From Dehalococcoidia bacterium (GTDB lineage: Bacteria > Chloroflexota > Dehalococcoidia > GIF9 > UBA5629), in NCBI GenBank assembly GCA_034432055.1, contig DAOUCT010000023.1, positions 74,126 to 138,125 on the forward strand: a stretch of 64,000 nt of DNA. The letters are read 5' to 3'. Positions 19,609 through 29,314 of this stretch are shown in pieces. Each line of letters starts with the position of its first letter. The stretch's first letter is position 1. The translations under genes and the position numbers were made by a program. Below the pieces are notes generated by a model, which was given only the letters and a program-made list of their open reading frames with translations, did not search any database and had not been told where the DNA came from.

Positions 19609-20813
19609 ATTAATGCTGACCTTATGCTTGGCAATACGTCAATACTTATCAACGGTGCGCTTGATACCATCTTACAGGCAGGTGTTTCTTTAATCGAAGT
19701 ATTCTTGGAACTGGGTGTGCCCTTTGTCTTGTTTTTTATGTATTCTTGCCATAACTTGTCGAGTCCAGCCTGGTCAAAGCCGTAAATTTGTAACAAGGCT
19801 TCATCACAAGAATTACCTTCTTTCAGTAAATACAGGAGTTGTAATATTTTATCCTTGCCATAGTTCTGGATAAGAAATTCCACTAGGCTCTGGCTCTGGG
19901 CATAAGAGAGATAAGCGTCCTCTGGTTTCGCCGAGAAGGGGCTTGAAAGGCTACGCACAGAGAACAGTCTTCCTTGTGAGACGGCTTTCCTTAAGAGCGC
20001 TTCAAGGTAGGCATCACTTTCTCCTTCGGCGTACATAGCCAGACCTTCGTTTAGCCAGACAGGCAGGCTAGCACCGTAGGGACTAAAGGTCACCTGGTGT
20101 ATTACCATGTGGCCGAGTTCATGTGCTACAGCTCTTTTCCCCCAGTTCAGCTGGCTGGCGGAAACTCCGATGGCGATGGTACCGAATTCAGGGAAAGCTA
20201 CTCCGCCGGTCCACTCGCGCGGGAAAATCATCGCCGCTCTTAGGTCTTGTGCATTAGCGTAAATGAAGATGCTGACCGGTCTTTCCAGGCGTGTCCCAGT
20301 ATCTTGATAAAGTCTGTTTAACGCCTGTTCACAAGCAGTGAGAAGTCCACTGGCGAAGGACTCGCTCCCTTTGTACCAGAAGAGAGTGACCTGATCCATG
20401 GTCAATTTCTGCCAGGAATACCGCAGGTCCTGGAACTGGAATGTATTACTATTTGTGACCAATTTGTGTCCGCTCTGGTCCTCGATAGTCCACCAGTAGC
20501 GGATGGTAGCCCCTACAGGAAGGCTGGCTTTTCTCATGTCCCAGAGCCACTGAGTTTCCACCTTGGGTGATGGTACAAAATCCGGCCAGGCCTCGCTGAT
20601 TACATAGGCGTAGTTCATCCTCTCAGTCTGATAAAGGAGCCGGATTCTGGTGATGTTGCTCTGGCTCTGAACTTTCACCTTGAATACTATTGCGGAAGGA
20701 AAGAGCACCTCTGTGCTTGAGTCGAGCAAAGTTATATTTTCCTGGGCTCGAGTAACCGCAGGTATAAGGAGCGAGAGGGCAAGTATAACAGTCAGGAAAA
20801 TATATTTACTCAC
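19605..20813 (-). CDS. Secreted peptidase-MA-like zinc metalloprotease (HEXXH)
   Basis: 402 aa. It has a signal peptide and the motif AHELGHMVIHQ with a downstream NEGLAMYAE glutamate. It overlaps radC by 4 nt and prfB by 8 nt. Confidence 0.55.
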   Translation of the reverse strand: MSKYIFLTVILALSLLIPAVTRAQENITLLDSSTEVLFPSAIVFKVKVQSQSNITRIRLLYQTERMNYAYVISEAWPDFVPSPKVETQWLWDMRKASLPVGATIRYWWTIEDQSGHKLVTNSNTFQFQDLRYSWQKLTMDQVTLFWYKGSESFASGLLTACEQALNRLYQDTGTRLERPVSIFIYANAQDLRAAMIFPREWTGGVAFPEFGTIAIGVSASQLNWGKRAVAHELGHMVIHQVTFSPYGASLPVWLNEGLAMYAEGESDAYLEALLRKAVSQGRLFSVRSLSSPFSAKPEDAYLSYAQSQSLVEFLIQNYGKDKILQLLYLLKEGNSCDEALLQIYGFDQAGLDKLWQEYIKNKTKGTPSSKNTSIKETPACKMVSSAPLISIDVLPSIRSALI

Positions 20814-21913
20814 CTTTTCTTCCCAGCATATGGTGTAAGTATGCCGTAATGAATTCGTCCAATTCTCCGTTCAGCACAGAGTTGGCATCGCTGCTTTCAA
20901 AGTCGGTGCGATGGTCTTTTACCATTTTGTAAGGGTGCAAGACGTAGCTTCGGATCTGGTTGCCCCATCCAGCTTCAATCCGTCCGCCTTTCAGTTTAGC
21001 CCTTTCTGCCTCTCTTTTTGCCTGTTCAAGCTGGAAAAGACGCGCATAAAGCACTTTTAAGGCGTTTTCTTTATTCTGGAACTGGGAGCGCTCACTCTGG
21101 CAGGTGACTACTATTCCCGTAGGCAGGTGGGTTATTCTTACAGCGCTGCTTGTTTTCTGCATATGCTGCCCACCCGGTCCACTGGAGCGGAAGGTCTCGA
21201 TTTTTAGGTCATCCGGGTTGATCTTAACGTCTATTTCCCTTTCAACCATAGGCAGGACTTCAACTAGTACAAATGAGGTATGTCGCGCATGGTCGGCATC
21301 AAATGGCGAGATGCGGACAAGCCGATGGACTCCGTGTTCGGATTTGAGATAACCGTAAGCATAATCACCTTTTACTTCTATAGTGGCACTTTTTATCCCT
21401 GCTTCGTCACCTGGTGATATGTCCAATATCTCAGTCTGATAATTATGTTGCTCTGCCCATCTTGTGTACATTCGCAGTAGCATCTCCGCCCAGTCTTGCG
21501 ATTCAGTGCCACCTGCTCCTGCGTGTATACTCAGGATAGCGCTTCTCTGGTCATGTTCACCGTTAAGAAGTAGTCTTGTTTCCAGCTCTTTTAATTCGGA
21601 TGCCAGCTTCTCTGCTTCTCGTCTAATATCATCTTGTATACTAAGATCATTTTCTTCAACAGCGAGTTTTGTCATTTCAAGGAGGTCATTGTTCGTTTTT
21701 TCCATGCTACGCCAAGTATCAACTACTTCTTTGAGCGTAGCTAGCTGGCGCATGACGGACTGGGCTTTGGTTGGGTCAAGCCAAAAATCGGGCTGTGCTG
21801 CTTCGGTCTCTAATCTGGCGATTTCTTTTTCCTTACCGACTATGTCAAAGATGCACCATTATATCAGTTATTTTTTGCCGCATTGCTTCCAGTTTTTCTT
21901 TTATCTCTTGCAT
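20806..21913 (-). CDS. prfB: Peptide chain release factor 2, made by a programmed +1 ribosomal frameshift
   Basis: Frame 0 reads MQEIKEKLEAMRQKITDIMVHL and then hits TGA. The +1 frame continues as DIVGKEKEIARLETEAAQPDFW... through SPF and GGQ motifs to give about 368 aa. The shift site CTT TGA C is at 21850..21844. The ORF track reports only the long downstream frame. Confidence 0.85.
21844..21850 (-). other. prfB +1 frameshift site CTT-TGA-C
   Basis: The heptamer is identical to the canonical RF2 autoregulatory shift site. A weak Shine-Dalgarno-like GGTG lies 4 nt upstream. Confidence 0.8.
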
Positions 21914-21960
21914 GGCTAGTTTGAGTTCTCCTGACTTTAGTTAAGTGTGATGCTAAACGG

Positions 21961-22686
21961 TTAATCAAAGAGTCTCTGTTTATATCCATATTGCGATACA
22001 GGCAGGTTTTTGTTACCAGCGGCAAGATGGGCGAGCCGGGATGGTTCTGGAAGGCGGTAGTTGCGGCAGCATTTTATTGTCCATTCTATAGCTGAATGAA
22101 GATCGACTTTGTGACCTATAGATACATAGACAGGTGCAGCATCGGTCTTGGTGCGTAGAGCGACCCCGATGACCTCGCCTTTGTCTTTCAGTTCAGCATA
22201 ACTACCGGCTTGAAGAGATACCTGCCCGTGTATGCCGCAGAGACGTGATTTAGCGCAGCCGATCGCCGCTATATCGAGTAGTAGTCCTAGGTGGGAGGCA
22301 ATGCCAAAACGTCTGGGGTGAGCAATCCCCTGCCCATCTACTAACAGAAGGTCGGGAGTAACAGAGAGCTTTTGCCACGCAGCTAGTACCAGAGGCGATT
22401 CTCTGAATGACAATAGTCCAGGTATATATGGGAAAGCTGGCTTTCCTTCTGCTATTTTGGTCTCCACTATCTCAAATTCAGGGTAAGTAAGTATAACTAC
22501 GGCAGCACGGGCAAGACCGGAAGGATTTGGTGCTGAAATATCAGCACCGGCGATAAGGCGCGGGCTTGACAGCTTTCCCTCGCGGCACACCCGAGGCGCT
22601 AAGTCGAGCTGAAGTTTCTCAGCTTGCCTGGCTGTCAATTGCCAGCTATGTAGTTCACGTATTGTAGGCATGGTATCTGGTAACAC
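21961..22686 (-). CDS. nfi: Endonuclease V (deoxyinosine 3' endonuclease)
   Basis: 241 aa with the motifs AGADIS, PYIPGLLSFRE and VDGQGIAHPRRFGIASHLG. Confidence 0.8.
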   Translation of the reverse strand: MLPDTMPTIRELHSWQLTARQAEKLQLDLAPRVCREGKLSSPRLIAGADISAPNPSGLARAAVVILTYPEFEIVETKIAEGKPAFPYIPGLLSFRESPLVLAAWQKLSVTPDLLLVDGQGIAHPRRFGIASHLGLLLDIAAIGCAKSRLCGIHGQVSLQAGSYAELKDKGEVIGVALRTKTDAAPVYVSIGHKVDLHSAIEWTIKCCRNYRLPEPSRLAHLAAGNKNLPVSQYGYKQRLFD

Positions 22687-22871
22687 TGGCTGACCAACGA
22701 GTCAATATCACAATTATAAAACGGTATGTACCACTGAGGCAATATTTATGATGCTCAGCTTTCGAAGTGTTGAACACTTGAATCTGACACAGGTATTTTT
22801 GCGGATGTCTTGACATTTTTAAGACGACAAACTAGCATTGAAGCAAGGCTACAGTCTGGACGGACAGTGGG

Positions 22872-23651
22872 ATGGAAACGAAGGACATTGATTACTTGGT
22901 TGACAAGGTCGCCGCTTTGATTCACGAGGCGAGGCGTGTAGTGGTGTTTACCGGGGCTGGTATAAGTACAGAGTCAGGCATACCTGATTTTCGCAGTCCC
23001 GGTGGAATTTGGAGTCGGTTCGATCCTGATGATTTCACCATCCAGAAATTCCTCCATAGTCGCGAAGTGCGGGAGATGCAGTGGAAGCTTTTGGCTGAAG
23101 GTGGTCTTCTAAAGGATGTGCAGCCAAACCCCGCCCATTATGCCATTGCTGAGCTAGAAAAAGCGGGTAAGCTGACCTGCGTCATAACTCAAAATGTGGA
23201 CAATTTGCATCAAAAGGCAGGGAATTCTCCGGAAAAAGTGTTTGAGTTGCATGGCAACATGAGATGGGTGAAGTGTCTGAGTTGTAATGTTCGTTTTCCT
23301 GTCGAGGAAGTGTTGCAAAGAGTCAAATACGAACCTGCTCCAGATTGTATTCTGTGTCATGGTATCCTGAAGCCTGATGCTGTGTTTTTTGGTGAAGCTT
23401 TACCTCAGGCGGTTTTACAAGCTGCAATCTCTCACGCTCGCAATTGTGACCTGTTTATTGTTATCGGTTCAACTCTGATTGTTTATCCTGCAGCTTATGT
23501 GCCAATGTATGCTGTAGAGGCTGGTGCCAGGCTGGTGATTATAAACTTGACCTCGACACCTATGGATTCTTACGCTACTGTGCTCATCAGAGGTAAGGCT
23601 GGTGAAGTGATGCCAAGGGTGATAGAAAAAGTGAAGCAGAGGCTATCCTGA
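22872..23651 (+). CDS. cobB: NAD-dependent protein deacylase, Sir2 family
   Basis: 259 aa with GAGISTESGIPDFRSPGGIW and a Zn ribbon CLSC...CILC. Confidence 0.85.
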   Translation: METKDIDYLVDKVAALIHEARRVVVFTGAGISTESGIPDFRSPGGIWSRFDPDDFTIQKFLHSREVREMQWKLLAEGGLLKDVQPNPAHYAIAELEKAGKLTCVITQNVDNLHQKAGNSPEKVFELHGNMRWVKCLSCNVRFPVEEVLQRVKYEPAPDCILCHGILKPDAVFFGEALPQAVLQAAISHARNCDLFIVIGSTLIVYPAAYVPMYAVEAGARLVIINLTSTPMDSYATVLIRGKAGEVMPRVIEKVKQRLS

Positions 23652-23730
23652 CAGCTGGTCGGTTGTTTATATTTCAGTGGTTATTAGACTGAGGTTGGCA
23701 GTATTAAATGAAGAACCGGGGGAGTAAATT

Positions 23731-24834
23731 ATGAAAAAGTTGATCATCTTTGGTCTAGCAATTGCTGTGGTGAGTGTAGGTTGTGTGCCCGTTGTTGTGC
23801 CACCAGCCAATAAGCCGCCAAGTGCTATCATAGACTCGGTATCACCTACCGAAGTGGTAGTGGGTGGACGGGTGACCTTTGTTGGACATGGGACAGACGA
23901 AGACGGTAATGTGGTAGCTTATGGCTGGAAGTCGAGTATTGATGGTGAGCTAAGTAAGTCGGCAAGTTTCACCACCTCATCGTTGTCGCAGGGGACTCAT
24001 ACTGTCTGGTTTAAGGTCCAGGACGATAAAGGGGCGTGGTCAGCAGAGGTTCCGGTGGTGGTTATGGTGGTCCCGCAGGGTGTCTTTAAGCCAAGTATAG
24101 AGTCGTTCAATGCTGAACCGTCGATTATTTCCGAGGGTGGGGTCTCGACACTAATGTGGAGTGTATCAGGGGCTAAGGCGGTGAGCATTCAACCGGAGAT
24201 AGGTAATGTTGCCGCTAGCGGCTCCAGAGCGGTCACACCGAAGAAAACCACGACGTATATGCTATTGGCAAGTAACGAAGCAGGGACAGTAAGCACTACT
24301 TTGCAAGTAGTAGTAGTTTCTACTGAGCAGATACGCAAGGTGGAGCTATATTCCATCACCACTGAGGAAGGGCAGGTAAGACAGGATGGATATGTGGGGG
24401 AAGAGCCGCAGGTAGGCGATATGAAGAACGGTACATCAATGCAGGCATTCTTAAGTTTTGACATTTCGATGATCCCGCAGGGGTCCACTATCAAATCAGC
24501 ATATCTTGACCTGACTGCATCATCTGTATTTGGGGAGCCATTTAGAAACTTGGGGCTGCTGCATGTCTACGAGTATCAGTACACTGTGCTTCGTAGCAAG
24601 GACTTTGTTGTTGGACCTGCCGGGACTGCACCGCTGTACAGTTTCAAGTTTTTTACCGACGAGCCGGTCACGTCCAGTCTTCTGGTCTCGGCTATTCAGG
24701 AGCGAGTTAAAGAAGGGAGCCGGCGCTTTCAGTTACGTTTCCAGTTTGATAAGCCGTATTTCTATAACAATCAGGGTGACTATGTGACATTCTGGAAGGG
24801 CAAGACAAAGCTGATTATCGAGTACCAGGAATAA
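23731..24834 (+). CDS. Lipoprotein with a PKD/Ig-like domain, one ~80-aa 'TTTY' repeat module and a C-terminal beta-rich domain
   Basis: 367 aa with a signal peptide and a Cys at the lipobox position (VSVGC). Its repeat module matches those in the next gene. Confidence 0.5.
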   Translation: MKKLIIFGLAIAVVSVGCVPVVVPPANKPPSAIIDSVSPTEVVVGGRVTFVGHGTDEDGNVVAYGWKSSIDGELSKSASFTTSSLSQGTHTVWFKVQDDKGAWSAEVPVVVMVVPQGVFKPSIESFNAEPSIISEGGVSTLMWSVSGAKAVSIQPEIGNVAASGSRAVTPKKTTTYMLLASNEAGTVSTTLQVVVVSTEQIRKVELYSITTEEGQVRQDGYVGEEPQVGDMKNGTSMQAFLSFDISMIPQGSTIKSAYLDLTASSVFGEPFRNLGLLHVYEYQYTVLRSKDFVVGPAGTAPLYSFKFFTDEPVTSSLLVSAIQERVKEGSRRFQLRFQFDKPYFYNNQGDYVTFWKGKTKLIIEYQE

Positions 24835-24868
24835 GATGCCCCTTTAACAGGACTTTAGGAGGTGCAGC

Positions 24869-26275
24869 ATGAAAAGGTTGATGTTTGTGATCGGACTGTT
24901 GGCGGTGTTGTTTTTTGTCAGCTGCGTACCCGGTGGTCCAACTATAGTCTTGCAGCCGCCGGTGATAAACTCGTTTGATGCCAACCCGCAAAGGATATCT
25001 GCTGGCGAATCGGCGACTCTTTCTTGGGAGGTATCGGGGGCAACAAAGGTGGGTATAGAGCCTGATGTCGGGAGTGTGGCGCTAGCGGGGAGGAGGATGG
25101 TATCTCCCGCTTCGACGACTACTTATACTCTGACTGCAGTTAACGAGGCAGGTACAGTGACTGCTACTGTCCAAGTGATCGTTGTCGAAGCACCAGCCCC
25201 ACCTCCGTCACCGCCGACGCCTGCCGTGCTACCCACAATCAACCTTTTCGCAGCGAATCCGGGTAGCATTACAGCAGGCAGTACATCGACGCTGAGCTGG
25301 AGTGTGTCCAATGCTACCGGGGTGACCATAAGTGGTGTGGGTAGCGTAGGGTTATCAGGCAGCACTACAGTTTCGCCAGTGACTACGACCACTTATACTC
25401 TTACGGCGACCAATGCGGCTGGGGGCGTGACGGCAACTACTCAGGTTATAGTATCAGCAGCGCCACCACCTGCCGCCGATACAACGCCGCCATCAGTGCC
25501 AGGTCTACTATCACCAGCCTCCGGGGCGGTGTTACCCCAGAAAACAGCACCCTGGCAATTTTCTTGGTCAGCCTCGTCTGATGCGGAAAGCGGGATAAAA
25601 CAGTACCAAATCCAGGTGTATCGTGCCGGGCAGCCGCCGTTCATTGAAGACTATACCAGTGGTACCAGCTATTCTAAAGTGGTTGAAGTCGCATATGGCT
25701 ACTTGTCCAACTGGCGCTGGAGGGTTAGAGCGCAGAACAACGTCGGGCTATGGAGTGCATGGTCAGCGGAGGGGAATTTCAGTGTGCAACCCAGGGTAGC
25801 TTATGATTTCATCGAAAATGCACCGACAGCCTATTGGTGGAGTACCCCTGGTGAACAATTACCTTTTCCTGGTGCTACTAATGATAACAGGGGCTTTGCC
25901 TGCTATCGTTACGATATCAAGCTCAATGATGGGCTAACTTATACCAGGGTGCTGGAGACACACCCGGAGTGGGTTGATGATGGCTATATAACAGGTAAGT
26001 ATGCCAATGTGTATATACCGCCTGGAGCTAAGCTCAAGGTGAAGGTGGGTTTTATCAGCGATGGTACAGCCGGGAAGGTTCGTTTCAGAGCGCATAAACT
26101 TAGTGCAGCGGCTGTTTGGTCCCAGATAGTAGGTTATGCGGATGGGGTTAAAGAGGCTGAGGTTGACCTTAGCGTCTATGCTGGACAGACGATTGATTTT
26201 TGTATCGGTGTAAATGCGCAGGGAAGCTCCGGTCAGGACTGGGCAGCCTGGGTCGAAGCCAGGATAGTCTATTGA
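24869..26275 (+). CDS. Paralogous lipoprotein: two 'TTTY' Ig-like repeat modules, Pro/Thr linkers, an FN3-like domain and a C-terminal beta-rich domain
   Basis: 468 aa with signal peptide and lipobox (FVSC). The two repeats are ...ISAGESATLSWEVSGA...TTTYTLTAVNEAGTVTATVQVIV and ...ITAGSTSTLSWSVSNA...TTTYTLTATNAAGGVTATTQVIV. Confidence 0.5.
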   Translation: MKRLMFVIGLLAVLFFVSCVPGGPTIVLQPPVINSFDANPQRISAGESATLSWEVSGATKVGIEPDVGSVALAGRRMVSPASTTTYTLTAVNEAGTVTATVQVIVVEAPAPPPSPPTPAVLPTINLFAANPGSITAGSTSTLSWSVSNATGVTISGVGSVGLSGSTTVSPVTTTTYTLTATNAAGGVTATTQVIVSAAPPPAADTTPPSVPGLLSPASGAVLPQKTAPWQFSWSASSDAESGIKQYQIQVYRAGQPPFIEDYTSGTSYSKVVEVAYGYLSNWRWRVRAQNNVGLWSAWSAEGNFSVQPRVAYDFIENAPTAYWWSTPGEQLPFPGATNDNRGFACYRYDIKLNDGLTYTRVLETHPEWVDDGYITGKYANVYIPPGAKLKVKVGFISDGTAGKVRFRAHKLSAAAVWSQIVGYADGVKEAEVDLSVYAGQTIDFCIGVNAQGSSGQDWAAWVEARIVY

Positions 26276-26293
26276 TTTGCTGTAGCTAATCGG

Positions 26294-26542
26294 TTAGACC
26301 TGCTGGATATCGAATCGATAGTTTTCGATAACCGGGTTTGCCAGTAGTTTACGGCACATCTCGTCAGTTAACTGACGGGCTTTCTCAGGGTTGTCCTCTT
26401 CCAGCCTTATCTCAATGTACTTGCCGGCACGTACATCTTCCACTGTGGTGAAGCCTAAGTTGTGTAAGGCGCCTTTTATTGTCAGTCCCTGAGGGTCGTT
26501 TACTGTGGGTTTGAGCGTGATATAGACTTTAGCGAGGTACAT
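26294..26542 (-). CDS. purS: Phosphoribosylformylglycinamidine synthase PurS subunit
   Basis: 82 aa of PurS-like length and sequence. It overlaps purC by 14 nt. Confidence 0.7.
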   Translation of the reverse strand: MYLAKVYITLKPTVNDPQGLTIKGALHNLGFTTVEDVRAGKYIEIRLEEDNPEKARQLTDEMCRKLLANPVIENYRFDIQQV

Positions 26543-27440
26543 AAAGGTCCTCCCCAGTCAAGCGCTCATAGGCTTCGACATATCGTTTTGTGGTGGCTTC
26601 GATAACTTCCTTAGGCAGTATAGGAGCTGGTGGTTCCTTATTCCAGCCCGATTGGACGAGCCAATCGCGGACCGGCTGTTTATCGAAACTCGGTTGAGAG
26701 GCACCTACTTTATATCGGGCGGCGTCCCAGAACCGGCTGGAATCCGGGGTTAGCAATTCGTCAATCAGGATAAGGTTACTATCCACCTCGCCGAACTCAA
26801 ACTTGGTGTCGGCTATTATGATGCCACGCTCAAGGGCAAACTTTCTGGCGGAATCATAAATAGCCAGGCTTTTATCTTCAAGTTCCCTGGCTATCTCTTT
26901 GCCTACTAGTTCTTCTAACATTCTTCTGGTCAGCGGCTGGTCATGTCCACTTTCAGCTTTGGTGGTGGGGGTGAAAATGGGTTGAGGTAGCTGTTGACTT
27001 TCTTCGAGTCCGGATGGCAACTTGATACCACATACTCTGCCTGTCTCCTTATACTCTGCCCAGGCTGAGCCCGAGATATAGCCGCGTACAACGCACTCCA
27101 CAGGTACGCGCTTTGCCTTGGTAACCACCATCGACCGTCCCACTATATAGTGAGGGAGTGGAGTCTCTTGAGAGAAAAACCTCCTAAGTGCTTCAAGGTT
27201 GTCCACCGGCGTTATTAAATGGTTGGGCACGATATTTTGTGTCTTGCGGAACCAGAAGCAGGAAAGCTGGTTCAGTACCAGACCTTTATATGGTATGGCA
27301 CAAGGCAGCACTACATCGAAGGCTGAAATGCGGTCTGTGGAAACGATTAAGAGTTTGTCGCCCAGGTCATAAGTATCGCGGACTTTGCCCCGGCAGAACA
27401 ACGGGACCGACAAGTTTGTTTCCAATAAAGGTGTTGTCAT
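26529..27440 (-). CDS. purC: SAICAR synthetase
   Basis: 303 aa. The N-terminus [28 protein letters not shown] is diagnostic. Confidence 0.8.
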   Translation of the reverse strand: [303 protein letters not shown]

Positions 27441-27459
27441 CTAAATCTCCTATTGCTTA

Positions 27460-28806
27460 CTACAAAGCGTGTGGTGCTAATTCTTTTTTGGTGTCTATGT
27501 TTCTTCTTTTATGTTCGGTCAGTCCTAACCGCTTAAAAATGCTATCTACGTGTTTTAAGAAGTAGCTATAGTCGAATAGAGACTCAAGCTCGGCTGAGGA
27601 GAGGCGCGCTGTGATTTCAGGGTCAGCTTTAAGTAAGCCGAGGAAGCCTGTTCGCCTTTTCCAGGACTTCATCGCGTTTCGTTGTACTAGTTCGTAGGCT
27701 TGCTGACGGGTTAGTCCTTTGTCTATCAATGCCAGCAGGACCCGCTGGGAAAAAACAAGTCCTTGAGTGAGTTCCAGATTGCGACGCATATTTTCAGGGT
27801 ATACTTGCAATCCTTGCATTATTGAAGTGAAGATGTTCAATACATAATCAACCACAAGACAGGCGTCAGGGAGTATTATGCGTTCAGTGGATGAATGGCT
27901 AATATCCCGTTCGTGCCATAGTGCAATGTTTTCCAATGCGGTCAGGGCGTATCCCCTTACCAGACGGGCAAGTCCACAAATACGCTCGCAGAGTTCGGGA
28001 TTGCGTTTGTGAGGCATGGCTGATGAACCGGTCTGTCCGGTGGCGAAAGGCTCTTCGGCTTCTAGGACTTCGGTCCGCTGTAAGTGTCTTATTTCAGTGG
28101 CGAATTTCTCCAGTGAGCCGGCGATAATGGCTAAAGTGGTAACGAAGTGAGCGTGCCGGTCACGCTGAATGATCTGGCTGGACACAGTGTCTGGAGTCAG
28201 CCCGAGTTTGGCGCAGGCAATTTCCTCTACCTGGGGTGGCACAGTAGCATACGTGCCCACGGCGCCTGAGATTTTGCCCACGCTTATCATCCTTTCTGCT
28301 TCGGCTAGGCGGGCGGCGTTACGTTTCATCTCCTGTGCCCACAGGGCGAGCTTCAGACCGAAGGTTATCGGCTCGGCATGAACGCCATGTGTCCTCCCTA
28401 TCATGGGAGTTGTCTTGTACTTGATAGCCTTGTCTTCGAGTACAGTTATAAGCCGGGAAATATCTTCAGCCAGTAGCTTTGTGGCTTCTTTAAGCTGGAG
28501 ACTGAGTGCCGTGTCCATTACATCCGACGAGGTCAGACCGAAGTGGATAAAGCGTGACTCCTCGCCAAGGGTCTCGCTCACCGCTTGAAGAAAAGCGGTC
28601 ACATCGTGGTGGGTCACTTTAAGGATTTCGCCAATGCGCTCCAGTTTATAGCTTGCAGATTTTATTTTCGGGATTGTCTCCTTAGGGATAACGCCTATTT
28701 CAGCCCAAGCTTCGCACACGGCTATCTCAACTTGCAGCCACTTATCGAATTTGTTTTCTTCAGACCATATTTTCTTCATCTCCGGGCGTGAATAACGTTC
28801 GATCAT
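27460..28806 (-). CDS. purB: Adenylosuccinate lyase
   Basis: 448 aa from the fumarase/ASL family, with an N-terminus typical of PurB. Confidence 0.8.
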   Translation of the reverse strand: MIERYSRPEMKKIWSEENKFDKWLQVEIAVCEAWAEIGVIPKETIPKIKSASYKLERIGEILKVTHHDVTAFLQAVSETLGEESRFIHFGLTSSDVMDTALSLQLKEATKLLAEDISRLITVLEDKAIKYKTTPMIGRTHGVHAEPITFGLKLALWAQEMKRNAARLAEAERMISVGKISGAVGTYATVPPQVEEIACAKLGLTPDTVSSQIIQRDRHAHFVTTLAIIAGSLEKFATEIRHLQRTEVLEAEEPFATGQTGSSAMPHKRNPELCERICGLARLVRGYALTALENIALWHERDISHSSTERIILPDACLVVDYVLNIFTSIMQGLQVYPENMRRNLELTQGLVFSQRVLLALIDKGLTRQQAYELVQRNAMKSWKRRTGFLGLLKADPEITARLSSAELESLFDYSYFLKHVDSIFKRLGLTEHKRRNIDTKKELAPHAL

Positions 28807-28851
28807 AGCTTGCCTTCCATATATTTATTCGGGTATTGTTGAGTGTAGCGA

Positions 28852-29310
28852 CTACGTTTCAGAGAGTTTCCTCCTGTATTCTTCAAAGGCGGTCCTTATT
28901 TTTTCATGTTTTATTCCAAGCATCTGTGCTGCTAAGAGTGCAGCATTTCTGGCGCCGGAGGAGCCGATACCAACACAGGCTACAGGGACACCAGCAGGCA
29001 TCTGTAAAATGGAGAGAAGCGAGTCAATACCTTTGAGGTCGCTAGTTGGGAGCGGTATGCCGATGACAGGGACGGTGGTAAGGCTAGCGAGCACACCGGG
29101 TAAGTGGGCAGCGAGTCCTGCAGCAGCGATGATGACCTCTATACCGCGCTCTTTAACTTTGGAGGCATACTCGCGGACTCGTTGAGGATTGCGATGTGCC
29201 GACATGACCAGAAATTCGTATTCGATGCCCAGTTGCTGGAGCAGTTCTAGCGTTGGTTGCACCAGCGCTTCATCGTTTTTACTGCCTGCGATTACGCTGA
29301 TGAGTGGCAT
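28852..29310 (-). CDS. purE: N5-carboxyaminoimidazole ribonucleotide mutase
   Basis: 152 aa with a PurE-like N-terminal segment and the SAHR motif. Confidence 0.8.
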   Translation of the reverse strand: MPLISVIAGSKNDEALVQPTLELLQQLGIEYEFLVMSAHRNPQRVREYASKVKERGIEVIIAAAGLAAHLPGVLASLTTVPVIGIPLPTSDLKGIDSLLSILQMPAGVPVACVGIGSSGARNAALLAAQMLGIKHEKIRTAFEEYRRKLSET

Positions 29311-29314
29311 TTAA

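Noticed and set aside
21464-21919. 151-aa plus-strand ORF antisense to the prfB 5' region
   Set aside because: It is a shadow ORF with low-complexity Ser/Leu-rich composition. The region is fully explained by the two-frame prfB gene on the minus strand.
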